Shown: positions 25,148-36,203, counted from the first letter of the stretch. The stretch: 42,724 nt of DNA from Pseudomonadota bacterium (GCA_918234285.1 CAKJXZ020000063.1:1-42724); one strand, 5' to 3'. The notes: a model not told the origin generated them from the letters alone. Made by a program: numbers and translations.

Positions 25148-26814
25148 TGCTGAAGTCCTTATCAATTAGAAATGTTGTTTTGATTGATAAGTTAGACTTG
25201 GACTTATCTTCCGGTTTTACGGTTTTGAGCGGTGAAACCGGTGCCGGTAAGTCAATTTTGCTGGATTCTCTGGGGCTGGTTCTGGGGCGTCGCGCCGAAG
25301 CTTCGATGATACGCCACGGTTGCGATAAACTCAGTGTCAGCGCCGTGTTCGAATGTCATAATCCCAACGAAGCTTTGCAAAAATTATGTGAAGAACACGA
25401 TTTGGAATACGATAGCGAAATAATCATCAGCCGCACGCTTTCCGCAGACGGACGCGGTAAAATATTTTTCAATGATTATCCGATAACGCAACGTCTGCTC
25501 AAAGAAATAGGTAATTGTCTGGTTGAAGTGCACGGGCAATTTGATAATCAGGGCTTACTTAATGCGGAAACTCATCTGAGTGTGTTGGATGCGTACGGAA
25601 ATTATACCGAAACACTTGATGATGTGCGTCAAGCATACAATACCTACAAAACCGCGCAACATCTGCGACAACAGGCAGAAGATGAACTGGCGGCAGTGCA
25701 GACAGAGGAGGAAAACTTAACCCACTGGATTAAGGAATTTGCCCAAGTAAAGCCGCAAATCGGTGAGTTGGCGGAGTTGGAACAAAAGCGGCGCTATATG
25801 ATGAATGCCGAAAAGATCGCCGACGGTTTGCAAGCAGCACATAATTCGTTGCACCAGCAAAGCGCCGGAGTGCGCGAGTCTTTGCGACAGGCACAGGCGG
25901 CAATCGCACGTGTCAATGCCGTTACCGACGAAAAATATGCCGGTATCTATGAGATGCTGGATACGGCATTGGTCAATGTTGAGGAGGTCGATACGGAAAT
26001 TGACGGGGCTTTAAACGAAATCGACGTCAATCAAAATGATGCCGATGCGTTGGAAGAGCGCCTGTTTATGCTTAAGGATTTAGCACGCAAACACCATGTT
26101 ACGGTTGATGAGTTGCCGCAAGTGTGGCAGCAGATGGAAGATAAAATCGCACACTTGGAACATGGTCGCGATGATTTGGAAGTTTTACGCAAAAACGAAA
26201 CGGCGGCTTGGAGTGCGTATGTGAAAATTGCGCGTGAATTGCACGAACTGCGGTTGGCGGCGGCACAAAAGCTCGATGCCGGAGTTATGGCAGAGTTGCC
26301 GGCGCTTAAAATGGAAAAAGCACAGTTCAAAACCCAGATTATGGTCAAAGAAGAAAATCGCTGGAACGAAAGCGGCGGTGATGAAGTGTGTTTTCTGGTT
26401 TCCACTAATGCGGGGACACCGCTCGGTAATTTGAGTAAGATAGCTTCCGGCGGAGAATTGGCACGTTTTATGTTGGCACTTAAAGTTAACTTGGGGCAAG
26501 TCGGAGCGGTCGAAACCATGATTTTTGATGAGGTTGATACCGGCATCGGTGGGGCAACGGCACAGGCGGTCGGCGAAAAGTTAGCTGCGCTCGGTCAAAA
26601 CAAACAGGTGATGGTTGTAACCCATTCGCCGCAGGTAGCCGCATTCGGCAGCAACCACTTTAAGGTGGAAAAAACAAGTGTTGACGGAATAACTTTAACA
26701 AACGTTCGCTTACTTTCGGCCACCGAAAAGCGCGAAGAAATCGCCCGTATGCTTTCCGGCGAAGTAATCAGTGACGAAGCCAGAGCTGCGGCCAAAGTTT
26801 TGATAGGGGCATAA
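25147..26814 (+). CDS. recN: DNA repair protein RecN
   Basis: GETGAGKS, HGQ, ASGGELAR, IFDEVDTG and VTHSPQVAA. Confidence 0.97.
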   Translation: MLKSLSIRNVVLIDKLDLDLSSGFTVLSGETGAGKSILLDSLGLVLGRRAEASMIRHGCDKLSVSAVFECHNPNEALQKLCEEHDLEYDSEIIISRTLSADGRGKIFFNDYPITQRLLKEIGNCLVEVHGQFDNQGLLNAETHLSVLDAYGNYTETLDDVRQAYNTYKTAQHLRQQAEDELAAVQTEEENLTHWIKEFAQVKPQIGELAELEQKRRYMMNAEKIADGLQAAHNSLHQQSAGVRESLRQAQAAIARVNAVTDEKYAGIYEMLDTALVNVEEVDTEIDGALNEIDVNQNDADALEERLFMLKDLARKHHVTVDELPQVWQQMEDKIAHLEHGRDDLEVLRKNETAAWSAYVKIARELHELRLAAAQKLDAGVMAELPALKMEKAQFKTQIMVKEENRWNESGGDEVCFLVSTNAGTPLGNLSKIASGGELARFMLALKVNLGQVGAVETMIFDEVDTGIGGATAQAVGEKLAALGQNKQVMVVTHSPQVAAFGSNHFKVEKTSVDGITLTNVRLLSATEKREEIARMLSGEVISDEARAAAKVLIGA

Positions 26815-28620
26815 ATGGCGGGAATCAAACACGGCACCGAAGTTATCAAAAACTATGTCAAAATTGCTCCGGTCAATCCCGGAGTTTATCGTATGCTCGA
26901 TGCCGATAATAAGGTTCTGTATGTCGGCAAGGCTAAAAATATTAAAAAGCGCATTACGGCATACACGCATTTCGAGCGGCTTCCCGACCACATTAAACGC
27001 ATGGTGGCGGAAGTTGAAAAAATGGAGTTTATCATCGTCGAAAACGAAGCCAAGGCTTTGTTGATGGAAAACGACTTAATCAAGCGTTTGGAGCCTAAAT
27101 ATAATATTTTACTTAAAGATGATAAAACTTTTCCGCACCTGATGATAAATCTGGCAGAAGATTTTCCTGCTTTGCGTAAGAGCCGCGGTACCCGTCGCGA
27201 CAAGTGTAAATATTTCGGGCCGTTTGCCAGCGCAACCGCGGTCAATAATGTGATGGATATAATCCAAAAAACGTTTCGTTTGCGCTCGTGCCGCGACAGC
27301 GTTTTTAACAATCGCGAACGTCCGTGTATGCTGTATCAAATCAAGCGCTGCAGTGCTCCCTGCGTCGGCAAAATCAGCCGCGAAGAATATCATAAAACGG
27401 TTGATGAAGTGGTGGCGTTTTTGGAAGGTCGCAACAGTGAATTAAAAGAAAAATGGTCGGCGCAAATGCAGGCGGCGAGCGCTGCCGAGGACTTTGAAAC
27501 CGCGCTGATTTTGCGCGACCGGATTCGCACTCTCAGCAGCATTCAGGGCGGATATAACGTTGAATATGCCGATATTATGTCGGCGGATGCGGTGGCGGCG
27601 GTCAAGCATAAAAATATGGTTTGCATTCAGGTGTTCTTTATCCGTTCGGGGCAAAATTGCGGCAATATCCCGTATTTTCCGAAACAGGCGCGCGAGATGA
27701 GCGAGGAAGAAATTTTGGAAGGTTTTTTGAGCACTTTTTATGCCGAACATTTGCCGCCGAAAGAAATTTATGTGTCGCACGATTTGGAAAATAAGGAGTT
27801 TTTAGAGGAGGCTATCGGCACCAGAATCAATCGTTATCAGAAAGGCAATAAAGCCAAGTTGATTGAGCGAGCCAAAGAAAATGCGGTGGCGGCAATCGAA
27901 CGCAAGTTGGCGGAGAGTGCAACGGTTGAGGCTAATTTGACGGAGATGCAAAAGTATTTTGATTTGCCGCGGATTCCGCAACGTATAGAAGTATACGACA
28001 ACTCGCACAATCAGGGCAGCTATGCGGTGGGGGCAATGATTGTGGCAACTCCGGAAGGATTCGATAAAAAATCATATCGCACTTTTAACATAAAATATAC
28101 CGATAACACCCATGACGACTTTGCCATGATGAAGGAAGTTTTATTGCGCCGCTTTGAAAGGATGAGTACGGAAAATCGCCCGGACGTTATATTGCTCGAC
28201 GGTGGTTTGGGGCAGTTGCACGCAGTACACGAAGCTTTGAGCGGTTATGATTTGTCGGGAATTACGATTATAGCTATTTCCAAAGGGCCGGAGCGTAATG
28301 CCGGTAAGGAATTTTATCATATTTTGGGACGAGAAAGTTTTGATTTACCTTTTCAATCGTCGATAGCGTTTTATATGCAAAATATCCGGGATGAGGCGCA
28401 CCGTTTTGCCATCGGAACGCATCGTAAAAAACGCGCCAAATCAATGTTTAAGTCGGCAATAGACGAGATTGAGGGAATAGGGGCTAAACGCAAGCGCGAT
28501 TTGCTCAATTTTTTCGGTTCGGTTGAGCAAATTAAAGCCGCATCTGTTTCTGATTTGCAAAAAGTCGACGGAATCAGTAAAAAAACGGCGGAAAACATAT
28601 ATAAATACTTCCATAATTAA
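26815..28620 (+). CDS. uvrC: Excinuclease ABC subunit C
   Basis: PGVYRM..VLYVGKAKN (GIY-YIG), Cys cluster, RIEVYDNSH, LDGGLGQ, RDEAHRFA and HhH. Confidence 0.97.
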   Translation: MAGIKHGTEVIKNYVKIAPVNPGVYRMLDADNKVLYVGKAKNIKKRITAYTHFERLPDHIKRMVAEVEKMEFIIVENEAKALLMENDLIKRLEPKYNILLKDDKTFPHLMINLAEDFPALRKSRGTRRDKCKYFGPFASATAVNNVMDIIQKTFRLRSCRDSVFNNRERPCMLYQIKRCSAPCVGKISREEYHKTVDEVVAFLEGRNSELKEKWSAQMQAASAAEDFETALILRDRIRTLSSIQGGYNVEYADIMSADAVAAVKHKNMVCIQVFFIRSGQNCGNIPYFPKQAREMSEEEILEGFLSTFYAEHLPPKEIYVSHDLENKEFLEEAIGTRINRYQKGNKAKLIERAKENAVAAIERKLAESATVEANLTEMQKYFDLPRIPQRIEVYDNSHNQGSYAVGAMIVATPEGFDKKSYRTFNIKYTDNTHDDFAMMKEVLLRRFERMSTENRPDVILLDGGLGQLHAVHEALSGYDLSGITIIAISKGPERNAGKEFYHILGRESFDLPFQSSIAFYMQNIRDEAHRFAIGTHRKKRAKSMFKSAIDEIEGIGAKRKRDLLNFFGSVEQIKAASVSDLQKVDGISKKTAENIYKYFHN

Positions 28621-28684
28621 AAAAAATGTTTATAGTTAAGCATTATATTAACGCTAATATTTATATTTTAATGGGGGTACTCTC

Positions 28685-29518
28685 GTGTATAACTTACCGA
28701 ATATTTTAACCTTATCGCGGATTGCGGTTATTCCGCTGATTTTTGTTTCTATTTATATTCATTCGTTTTTATGGGCCATGTTTGCCGGCGTCTTGTTTAT
28801 TGCCGCATCCATAACCGATTATCTCGACGGCTATTTGGCTCGTGCCCGTAACGAAACGTCATCTTTCGGTCGCCTGTTGGACCCGATTGCCGATAAATTG
28901 CTGGTGGCAACGGCACTGGTGGTGATTCTTACCAAAACCTATTATGACGATAACGGGGTGTTGCAACACTATTATATATGGAACGGTACCATTATTGCCG
29001 CATTTGTGATTTTGTGTCGCGAAATTTTGGTTTCCGGCTTGCGTGAGTTTTTGCGCGAAGTCAATGCCGGGTTGCCGGTAACCAAGTTGGCAAAGTGGAA
29101 AACCGCCTTCCAGATGACGGCGCTTTCGATGATGATGTTCTGCGAATTATCGCTGTTTTGGGGCTATTTGGGCGAATTTTTATTATGGGTAGCTGCCGTG
29201 CTGACCTTTATAACCGGCTATCAATATTTCCAGAAAAGCTTGGATTATGTAAAAGCCGAAGAAGCGCAAAAAGTTATGGCGGCTCTGAAGGCGGTGGCGG
29301 CAAAAGTGGTAAATACCTCTAAAGCCGTGGTTGCCGCCGGCAAGAAAACAGCAGCCAAGAAAATTGCCGCGGTCAAAAAGGAAAAGGTTACGGAAGTCGA
29401 AGCGGCAGAAGTTCCGGCTAAGGCTCCGGCCAAAGCCCCGAAGAAACCTGCCAAGAAGGCTCCGGTACGCAAGAGTACTGCCGGCAAAACTACAAAAAAA
29501 CAGCTGCGTCAAAGGTGA
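28685..29518 (+). CDS. pgsA: Phosphatidylglycerophosphate synthase with a Lys/Ala-rich tail
   Basis: NLPNILTLSR, TDYLDGYLAR...FGRLLDPIADK, REILVSGLRE and AKWKT. Follows uvrC. GTG start. Confidence 0.95.
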   Translation: MYNLPNILTLSRIAVIPLIFVSIYIHSFLWAMFAGVLFIAASITDYLDGYLARARNETSSFGRLLDPIADKLLVATALVVILTKTYYDDNGVLQHYYIWNGTIIAAFVILCREILVSGLREFLREVNAGLPVTKLAKWKTAFQMTALSMMMFCELSLFWGYLGEFLLWVAAVLTFITGYQYFQKSLDYVKAEEAQKVMAALKAVAAKVVNTSKAVVAAGKKTAAKKIAAVKKEKVTEVEAAEVPAKAPAKAPKKPAKKAPVRKSTAGKTTKKQLRQR

Positions 29519-29544
29519 AAGCTGCAAAATAACAGGCAAAAGAT

Positions 29545-30234
29545 ATGCAAAAAGAACGTGCGCATATTTTGGTGGTTGATGATGACTTGCGTTTGCGCGG
29601 TTTGTTGCAACGCTATTTGCAGGAAAACGGTTTTATTGTGACCGGTGCTTGCGATGCCGAAAATGCACGGATGTTTTTGCAACAATATCAGTTTAATCTT
29701 TTGATTGTTGATGTGATGATGCCGAACGAAAGCGGTATCGAGTTTTTACAGAAATTACGCCGCGACAGCGATGTGCCGGCCATTGTTCTGACGGCGATGG
29801 GCACCACCGAAGACAGAATCTGCGGTTTGGAGGCTGGGGCCGATGATTATTTACCTAAGCCGTTTGAGCCTAAAGAGTTGGTGTTGCGCATAAATAATAT
29901 TCTGCGCCGAGTGCCGGAAGCAAAAGCTGACAATGCCTCTGTCTTGAAAATGGGCGATTGTGTATACGATATGAATAAAAAAGAGTTCCGTCACAAACAA
30001 GAGGGAATTATTCATATTACGCCGGTGGAGCAGATGATTTTGAGTATATTGGGGCAAAAAAGCGGGCAAATTTTTACGCGCGAACGGTTGGCGGAAATGT
30101 TGGGAAGCGGGCAAAATCCGCGTTCTATTGATGTACAAATTACGCGGTTGCGCAAAAAAATCGAGACGGACAGTAAAAATCCGCGTTATTTGCAAACCGT
30201 GCGCGGTAAAGGTTATATGTTACTAACAGAATAG
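29545..30234 (+). CDS. ompR: OmpR-family response regulator
   Basis: LVVDDD, DVMMP, GADDYLPKPF, RSIDVQITRLR and LQTVRGKGY. Confidence 0.9.
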   Translation: MQKERAHILVVDDDLRLRGLLQRYLQENGFIVTGACDAENARMFLQQYQFNLLIVDVMMPNESGIEFLQKLRRDSDVPAIVLTAMGTTEDRICGLEAGADDYLPKPFEPKELVLRINNILRRVPEAKADNASVLKMGDCVYDMNKKEFRHKQEGIIHITPVEQMILSILGQKSGQIFTRERLAEMLGSGQNPRSIDVQITRLRKKIETDSKNPRYLQTVRGKGYMLLTE

Positions 30235-30243
30235 GAGCAAAAA

Positions 30244-31599
30244 ATGCATATCAGATTTCCTAAAAAAGTAGATAATTTTTTGACGCTGATGAAGCGTAAG
30301 TTGTTGCCGAAGACTATGTTTTTCCGGACAATGTTGCTGATTTTTATTCCGCTGATTGTGGTGCAAGTGGTTTCAATCTATGCCTTTTTGGATGGTAACT
30401 GGAAGCGTGTCGGCCGCCATTTATCCGAGAATTTGACGGCAAATATGGCGTATACCATTCAGATGAAAAACGACGGCGTTGATTTTGAGCGGATACAACA
30501 ATTGGCTTCAACTCTGTATAACCTTGATGTCGCCTTTTATGATAATGATAACAAACACTCCGTATGGCGCGAAAATAAAAAGAATCACCACTTTGCCACC
30601 AAATATTTGGAAGATGCCCTGAAAAAGCAATTTCCACTGGCAAATACCGAGATTTTCCTGACGCAGCACCATTCAAACTTAAATGTTTTGGTGGATACGG
30701 ATCAAGGTTTGTATGTTTTCAATACACCGGCGAAAAATATTTTCAGTTCATCGATTTTCGGATTCGTAATCTGGATGATTGTTTGCGGTTTGTTGTTGTT
30801 TGTGGTGGCGGCGCTGTTTCTCAGAGTGCAGGCGCGCTCGATTTCGCAGTTGGCCGAAGCTGCTGAAGATTTTGGTAAAGGTATCAACACCAAGTTTAAG
30901 CCGTACGGCTCGATTGAAGTACGCCGTGCCGGTTTGGCCTTTACTAAAATGAAAGAGCGCATTATGCGCCAAATTTCGGAAAGAACCCAGATGTTAGCCG
31001 GTGTTTCGCACGATTTGCGCACGCCGTTGACACGGATGAAACTGCAAATGGCAATGCTTCCGGACAGTAAAGAAAATCAAGAATTTGTGCAAGATATCAA
31101 CGAGATGGAAAAAATGCTCGACGGCTATCTGGCTTTTGTCAGCGGCGAGGGCGGCGAAAAATCTACTTTTGTTGATTTGAATGAAATGATTTCGGGGATT
31201 ATCAATAAATATCGCAAAAATTCCAACGCGATGGTGCGTTTTGCCACCAACTACGATGTCAGCGCCGTGCAAGGACGCGAGCAGGCTTTGCGTCGCGCCA
31301 TTACCAACATAATCGAAAATGCGTTCCATTACGGCGAAACTATTGCGGTTAAACTGGACAGTGACAATAAGCATGTTCAACTCAGTATTGATGATGACGG
31401 TCCGGGCATTCCGGCCGACAAGCGTGACGATGTGTTCAAAGCGTTTTATCGGGTTGAAGGTTCGCGCAACAAAGATACCGGCGGCGTGGGCCTCGGTTTG
31501 GCCATTGCCAAAGATGTGATTGTTTCTCACGGTGGTTCGATTGAATTATCCGACAGTGAATTGGGAGGCTTGAGGGTACTCATTACTTTGCCCTTATAG
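30244..31599 (+). CDS. envZ: EnvZ-like sensor histidine kinase
   Basis: 2 TM, HAMP, SHDLRTPLTR, N box, DDGPG and GLGLAI. Confidence 0.88.
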   Translation: MHIRFPKKVDNFLTLMKRKLLPKTMFFRTMLLIFIPLIVVQVVSIYAFLDGNWKRVGRHLSENLTANMAYTIQMKNDGVDFERIQQLASTLYNLDVAFYDNDNKHSVWRENKKNHHFATKYLEDALKKQFPLANTEIFLTQHHSNLNVLVDTDQGLYVFNTPAKNIFSSSIFGFVIWMIVCGLLLFVVAALFLRVQARSISQLAEAAEDFGKGINTKFKPYGSIEVRRAGLAFTKMKERIMRQISERTQMLAGVSHDLRTPLTRMKLQMAMLPDSKENQEFVQDINEMEKMLDGYLAFVSGEGGEKSTFVDLNEMISGIINKYRKNSNAMVRFATNYDVSAVQGREQALRRAITNIIENAFHYGETIAVKLDSDNKHVQLSIDDDGPGIPADKRDDVFKAFYRVEGSRNKDTGGVGLGLAIAKDVIVSHGGSIELSDSELGGLRVLITLPL

Positions 31600-31644
31600 G
31601 AGGTTGAGTAAGTATATCCGCCGCACCACCTACTCTTGGTAGGA

Positions 31645-31749
31645 AAAATCCGTATAATGGTCTGCTAATCAAAGAGCGTTTTTCTTATGTACCTTTTTTG
31701 TACACCGCGAAAAACGCTCTTTTTCTATCAGAACCATTCTCCGGATTTT
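31645..31749. repeat. Dispersed long palindromic element, copy 2
   Basis: Shares ccgtataatggtctgctaatcaaag and cattctccggatttt with copy 1. Stem aaagagcgtttttc/gaaaaacgctcttt. Confidence 0.85.
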
Positions 31750-31822
31750 CGTACGCCATCCACATTTGATTATAAAATAAAATTATCTATATTCAATGAG
31801 TTATTGAGACATCTTTCATCTT

Positions 31823-32059
31823 TTACTTATATTCTTTTTTAATCATTTTTTTCTGTTCTTTATACTTATCCTTGGTCTGTTTGATGCAATCGCGGGTGCT
31901 CATTTGGGTATTGCTCAAACAGCTTTGCAAATCGGCGCGCATATCCTTATCCATCTTTTTATATTCCTCCGAGTCTTTATAAGAGTGATCACCGGCCATA
32001 CAATCTGCAGCCGAAATACCGATTAAGGCAACCGTTAAAAGTGCAAAAATTTTTCTCAT
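31823..32059 (-). CDS. Small secreted hypothetical protein
   Basis: RBS AAGGAG, signal peptide MRKIFALLTVALIGISAADCMA, helical Lys-rich mature part with a Cys pair. Confidence 0.7.
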   Translation of the reverse strand: MRKIFALLTVALIGISAADCMAGDHSYKDSEEYKKMDKDMRADLQSCLSNTQMSTRDCIKQTKDKYKEQKKMIKKEYK

Positions 32060-32153
32060 TTTTTTCTCCTTTGAATTTGTTAACAGTACGAATATATGCA
32101 TTGTCAGCCGCATAACAATATGCTATAAAGCATAGTAAAATACGGAGGAAAAA

Positions 32154-32567
32154 ATGAATACTGCGGAAAAAATTAAATCGGTGCGCGATGTTGCCGCCGG
32201 ATTGATAATGTGTAACGGCTTAATCCTGATTGCCCAACGCAAACACGGCAAAAGTTTGGAATATAAATGGGAATTTCCGGGCGGCAAATTGGAAGAGGGT
32301 GAAACCTTGCAAGAGTGTCTGGCACGTGAAATGATGGAAGAAATGCAATTGGAAATCACCGTCGGCGAGCACTTTATCGATTCTGCTTATGATTACGATT
32401 TCGGTACCATAATTTTGCACGCATATTGGGCCACTTGCAACAGTCGGGATATTGCGGTAGTCAACGAACACGAGCAATATAAATGGGTTACGATTGAGGA
32501 ATTGCCGCAATACGATTTTGCACCGGCGGATAAGCCGATTATCGCTGCCCTGTTGCGCCAAGTGTAA
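32154..32567 (+). CDS. MutT/NudG-like Nudix hydrolase
   Basis: WEFPGGKLEEGETLQECLAREMMEE Nudix box and FAPAD. Confidence 0.93.
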   Translation: MNTAEKIKSVRDVAAGLIMCNGLILIAQRKHGKSLEYKWEFPGGKLEEGETLQECLAREMMEEMQLEITVGEHFIDSAYDYDFGTIILHAYWATCNSRDIAVVNEHEQYKWVTIEELPQYDFAPADKPIIAALLRQV

Positions 32568-32590
32568 AAACGCATAAAATCGCTTTGTTT

Positions 32591-32606
32591 TTAAGACTAA
32601 GTTAAC
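32591..32606 (+). promoter_or_regulatory. CtrA-like box TTAA-N7-TTAAC upstream of the N-ATPase operon
   Basis: ttaa-gactaag-ttaac, about 75 bp before the atpD start. Confidence 0.45.
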
Positions 32607-32676
32607 CGAATTAATATATTCTTTTCGGTAAGGTTAAGATTATATCTTAAAAGGATTATTTTAGGCAGAGCGGTGA

Positions 32677-34097
<1,421 letters not shown>

Positions 34098-34098
<1 letters not shown>

Positions 34099-34502
34099 TG
34101 AAATTAACGGTGTTCACGCCTTTGGGTGAATTGCTAAAGTGCAAAATCAAAAAAATCACCGTTGAAACCTTAAACGGGCACTACACATTATTGCCGAAAC
34201 ACGTTGATTTTGTGGCGGCAATGAGCGAAAACATCGTTACTTATACCACCGAAGAAAAACAACAAAAATATATGGCTTGCCATCGGGGAATTGTGGTGAA
34301 GAAGGGTGATGCCGTTACCATAACCGTGCAAAACGCGGTTGTCGGCGACACTCTTGACGAACTGACCGAGATAATCAATCGCGACTTTAAGCAAACCGAT
34401 GAGCAACGCAAAGAATTCAATAGTGCTATGGCTCGTTTGGAATTGGGAATAATCCGCGGTTTCGGGCAGCTGAGCAAAGGAGACTTCAATGGCGGAATTT
34501 GA
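34098..34502 (+). CDS. atpC: N-type ATPase epsilon subunit
   Basis: L.VFTP, G..TLLPKHVDFV and MARLE..IIR.F. Position after atpD. Confidence 0.88.
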
Positions 34503-34830
34503 AAAAGTGCAGAGCAGCAAAGTGCGGGATGAGCTGGTTTATAAAGCCACACTGATGAAGCAACGCCCGGAGCGGCATTGGCATTCCAATTTCGGAATGA
34601 TAGCTTCTCTCGGCGGAGTGATTATTATTCCGATTCTTTTGGGAATATGGCTGGGAGGATATTTGGATGAATCCTGGCCGCAACGCTTCTCGTGGCGTTT
34701 GTCGCTGTTGTTTGTAGGCTTTGTGTGGGGAGCATTCAATGCTTATATGTGGGTGGCGATGGAAAATCGTAAAATTGCCGAGTTGGACGCCAAAATGGAC
34801 GCGCTGAAAAAAGGAGAGAAAAATGAATAG
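34489..34830 (+). CDS. atpQ: N-ATPase AtpQ (AtpZ/gene-1-like) membrane protein
   Basis: FGMIASLGG.IIIP.LLG.WLG.YLD, 2 TM. Position in the operon. Confidence 0.85.
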   Translation: MAEFEKVQSSKVRDELVYKATLMKQRPERHWHSNFGMIASLGGVIIIPILLGIWLGGYLDESWPQRFSWRLSLLFVGFVWGAFNAYMWVAMENRKIAELDAKMDALKKGEKNE

Positions 34831-35161
34831 CGGATATTTTGAACTGATGTGGCAACAAGCGGAAGAATGGCGGTTGATTATCGCATTTATCTGCGGCATT
34901 GCGGTCGGATTGGTATATTTTTACAGTTTGCGCTGGAGTATAAATCACTATGGCGAGCTTGAGCATAAATTTAAGATTTATGCCCTGACGGCATTGTGCC
35001 GGATTGCACTGTTTTTCGGAGTTTTGATTTTAATCGGACACCGCAACATTGCCGTTATCCTGTTATATATCTTGGCATTTTTCCTGACTAAAGTGGTGAT
35101 AATTTGGTTGGAAAAACGCAGATACGTTGCCGTGGATAACAAAGACGAGGTGAAAAAGTAA
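34823..35161 (+). CDS. atpR: N-ATPase-specific subunit AtpR
   Basis: G..YFYSLRWS..., CRIAL, 3 TM. Located between atpQ and atpB. Confidence 0.82.
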   Translation: MNSGYFELMWQQAEEWRLIIAFICGIAVGLVYFYSLRWSINHYGELEHKFKIYALTALCRIALFFGVLILIGHRNIAVILLYILAFFLTKVVIIWLEKRRYVAVDNKDEVKK

Positions 35162-35901
35162 TGGAGTGCCGAGCTGATTTTTCGCAGTGGTTTGATTTGC
35201 CGTGGCAGGACAAGGCCATCGGCCTGGAGAATTTTGATTCGATTAAGTTAATCGATTGCGGTAGTTTCGGCATTAATGTCACGATTTTCAATTCTTGGCT
35301 GGTAATAGCGTTGATTACGTTGGTTTCGTGGTTGGTTACGCGCCGTATCGGCACCGGTAAAAACGTATCAAAAATGCAGATTGTTTTGGAAACATTAGTG
35401 TTATGGATGCAAAAAGAAGCCAAAGAGACCAGCGGTTCCGGCAGCCGGAAGTATTTTTCTATGGCGCTGGGGCTGTTTTGCTTTATCATTACAGCCAACT
35501 TACTGACCTTTATTCCGTGGTTTCGGCCGCCGACTGCGTCTTTGAGCACAACCATGGCTCTGGCTCTGATTGTGTTTATGGCCATACCGTATTTTTCAAT
35601 CAAGAATGCGGGGATTAGAGGCTACTTGAAAAAATTTATTGAACCGGTGCCGCTGTTGTTACCGATGAACATATTCAGCGAAGTGTTTTCGGTTTTTGCC
35701 ATGGGCTTGCGTTTGTTCGGCAATATGCTGAGCGGTGTAATGTTTGCCGGCATTCTGAGCGCGTTTATACCGTTTATCGCGCCGCTGACCATGCAAACGC
35801 TCGGCTTGTTGACCGGTTCAATTCAAGCATACATTTTTGCTTTGTTGGCACTTGTATATACCTCAAGTGTTAAAAAGGAAGAAGAATTATCAATAACTTA
35901 A
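35161..35901 (+). CDS. atpB: Fo subunit a
   Basis: PPTASLSTT.ALA, LRLFGN (essential Arg) and IQAYIF. Confidence 0.95.
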   Translation: MECRADFSQWFDLPWQDKAIGLENFDSIKLIDCGSFGINVTIFNSWLVIALITLVSWLVTRRIGTGKNVSKMQIVLETLVLWMQKEAKETSGSGSRKYFSMALGLFCFIITANLLTFIPWFRPPTASLSTTMALALIVFMAIPYFSIKNAGIRGYLKKFIEPVPLLLPMNIFSEVFSVFAMGLRLFGNMLSGVMFAGILSAFIPFIAPLTMQTLGLLTGSIQAYIFALLALVYTSSVKKEEELSIT

Positions 35902-35917
35902 CTTAAAGGAGAAAACA

Positions 35918-36187
35918 ATGGATTCTTATGCAATTATCGGTGCGGTTTCGGTTTTGGGAGCCTGTTTGTGTATGGGTATCGGCAGTATCGGCTCGGCACT
36001 CGGCGAAGGGCAAGCGGCAGCTGCGGCCTTAACCGCAATGGCACAACAACCGGATGAGGCCGGACGGATTCGTTCCACCATGTTCGTTACGTTGGCAATG
36101 CTTGAAACAACTGCGCTGTATGCGTTGTTGATTGCATTTTTAACGCTGTATGCCAATCCGTTTTGGAATTATGCCATCAACCAATAA
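35918..36187 (+). CDS. atpE: Fo subunit c with two Glu and Na+-type ligands
   Basis: GSIGSALGEG, AQQPD loop and LETTALY. Confidence 0.95.
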   Translation: MDSYAIIGAVSVLGACLCMGIGSIGSALGEGQAAAAALTAMAQQPDEAGRIRSTMFVTLAMLETTALYALLIAFLTLYANPFWNYAINQ

Positions 36188-36203
36188 AAATACGTGAGGA
36201 CCA

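Noticed and set aside
24428-25165. 245-aa Phe-rich antisense ORF over bamD
   Set aside because: Mirror of the Glu/Lys repeat codons.
28638-28655. gttaa-N8-ttaac upstream of pgsA as a CtrA box
   Set aside because: The spacing is 8 rather than 7 in a very AT-rich gap.
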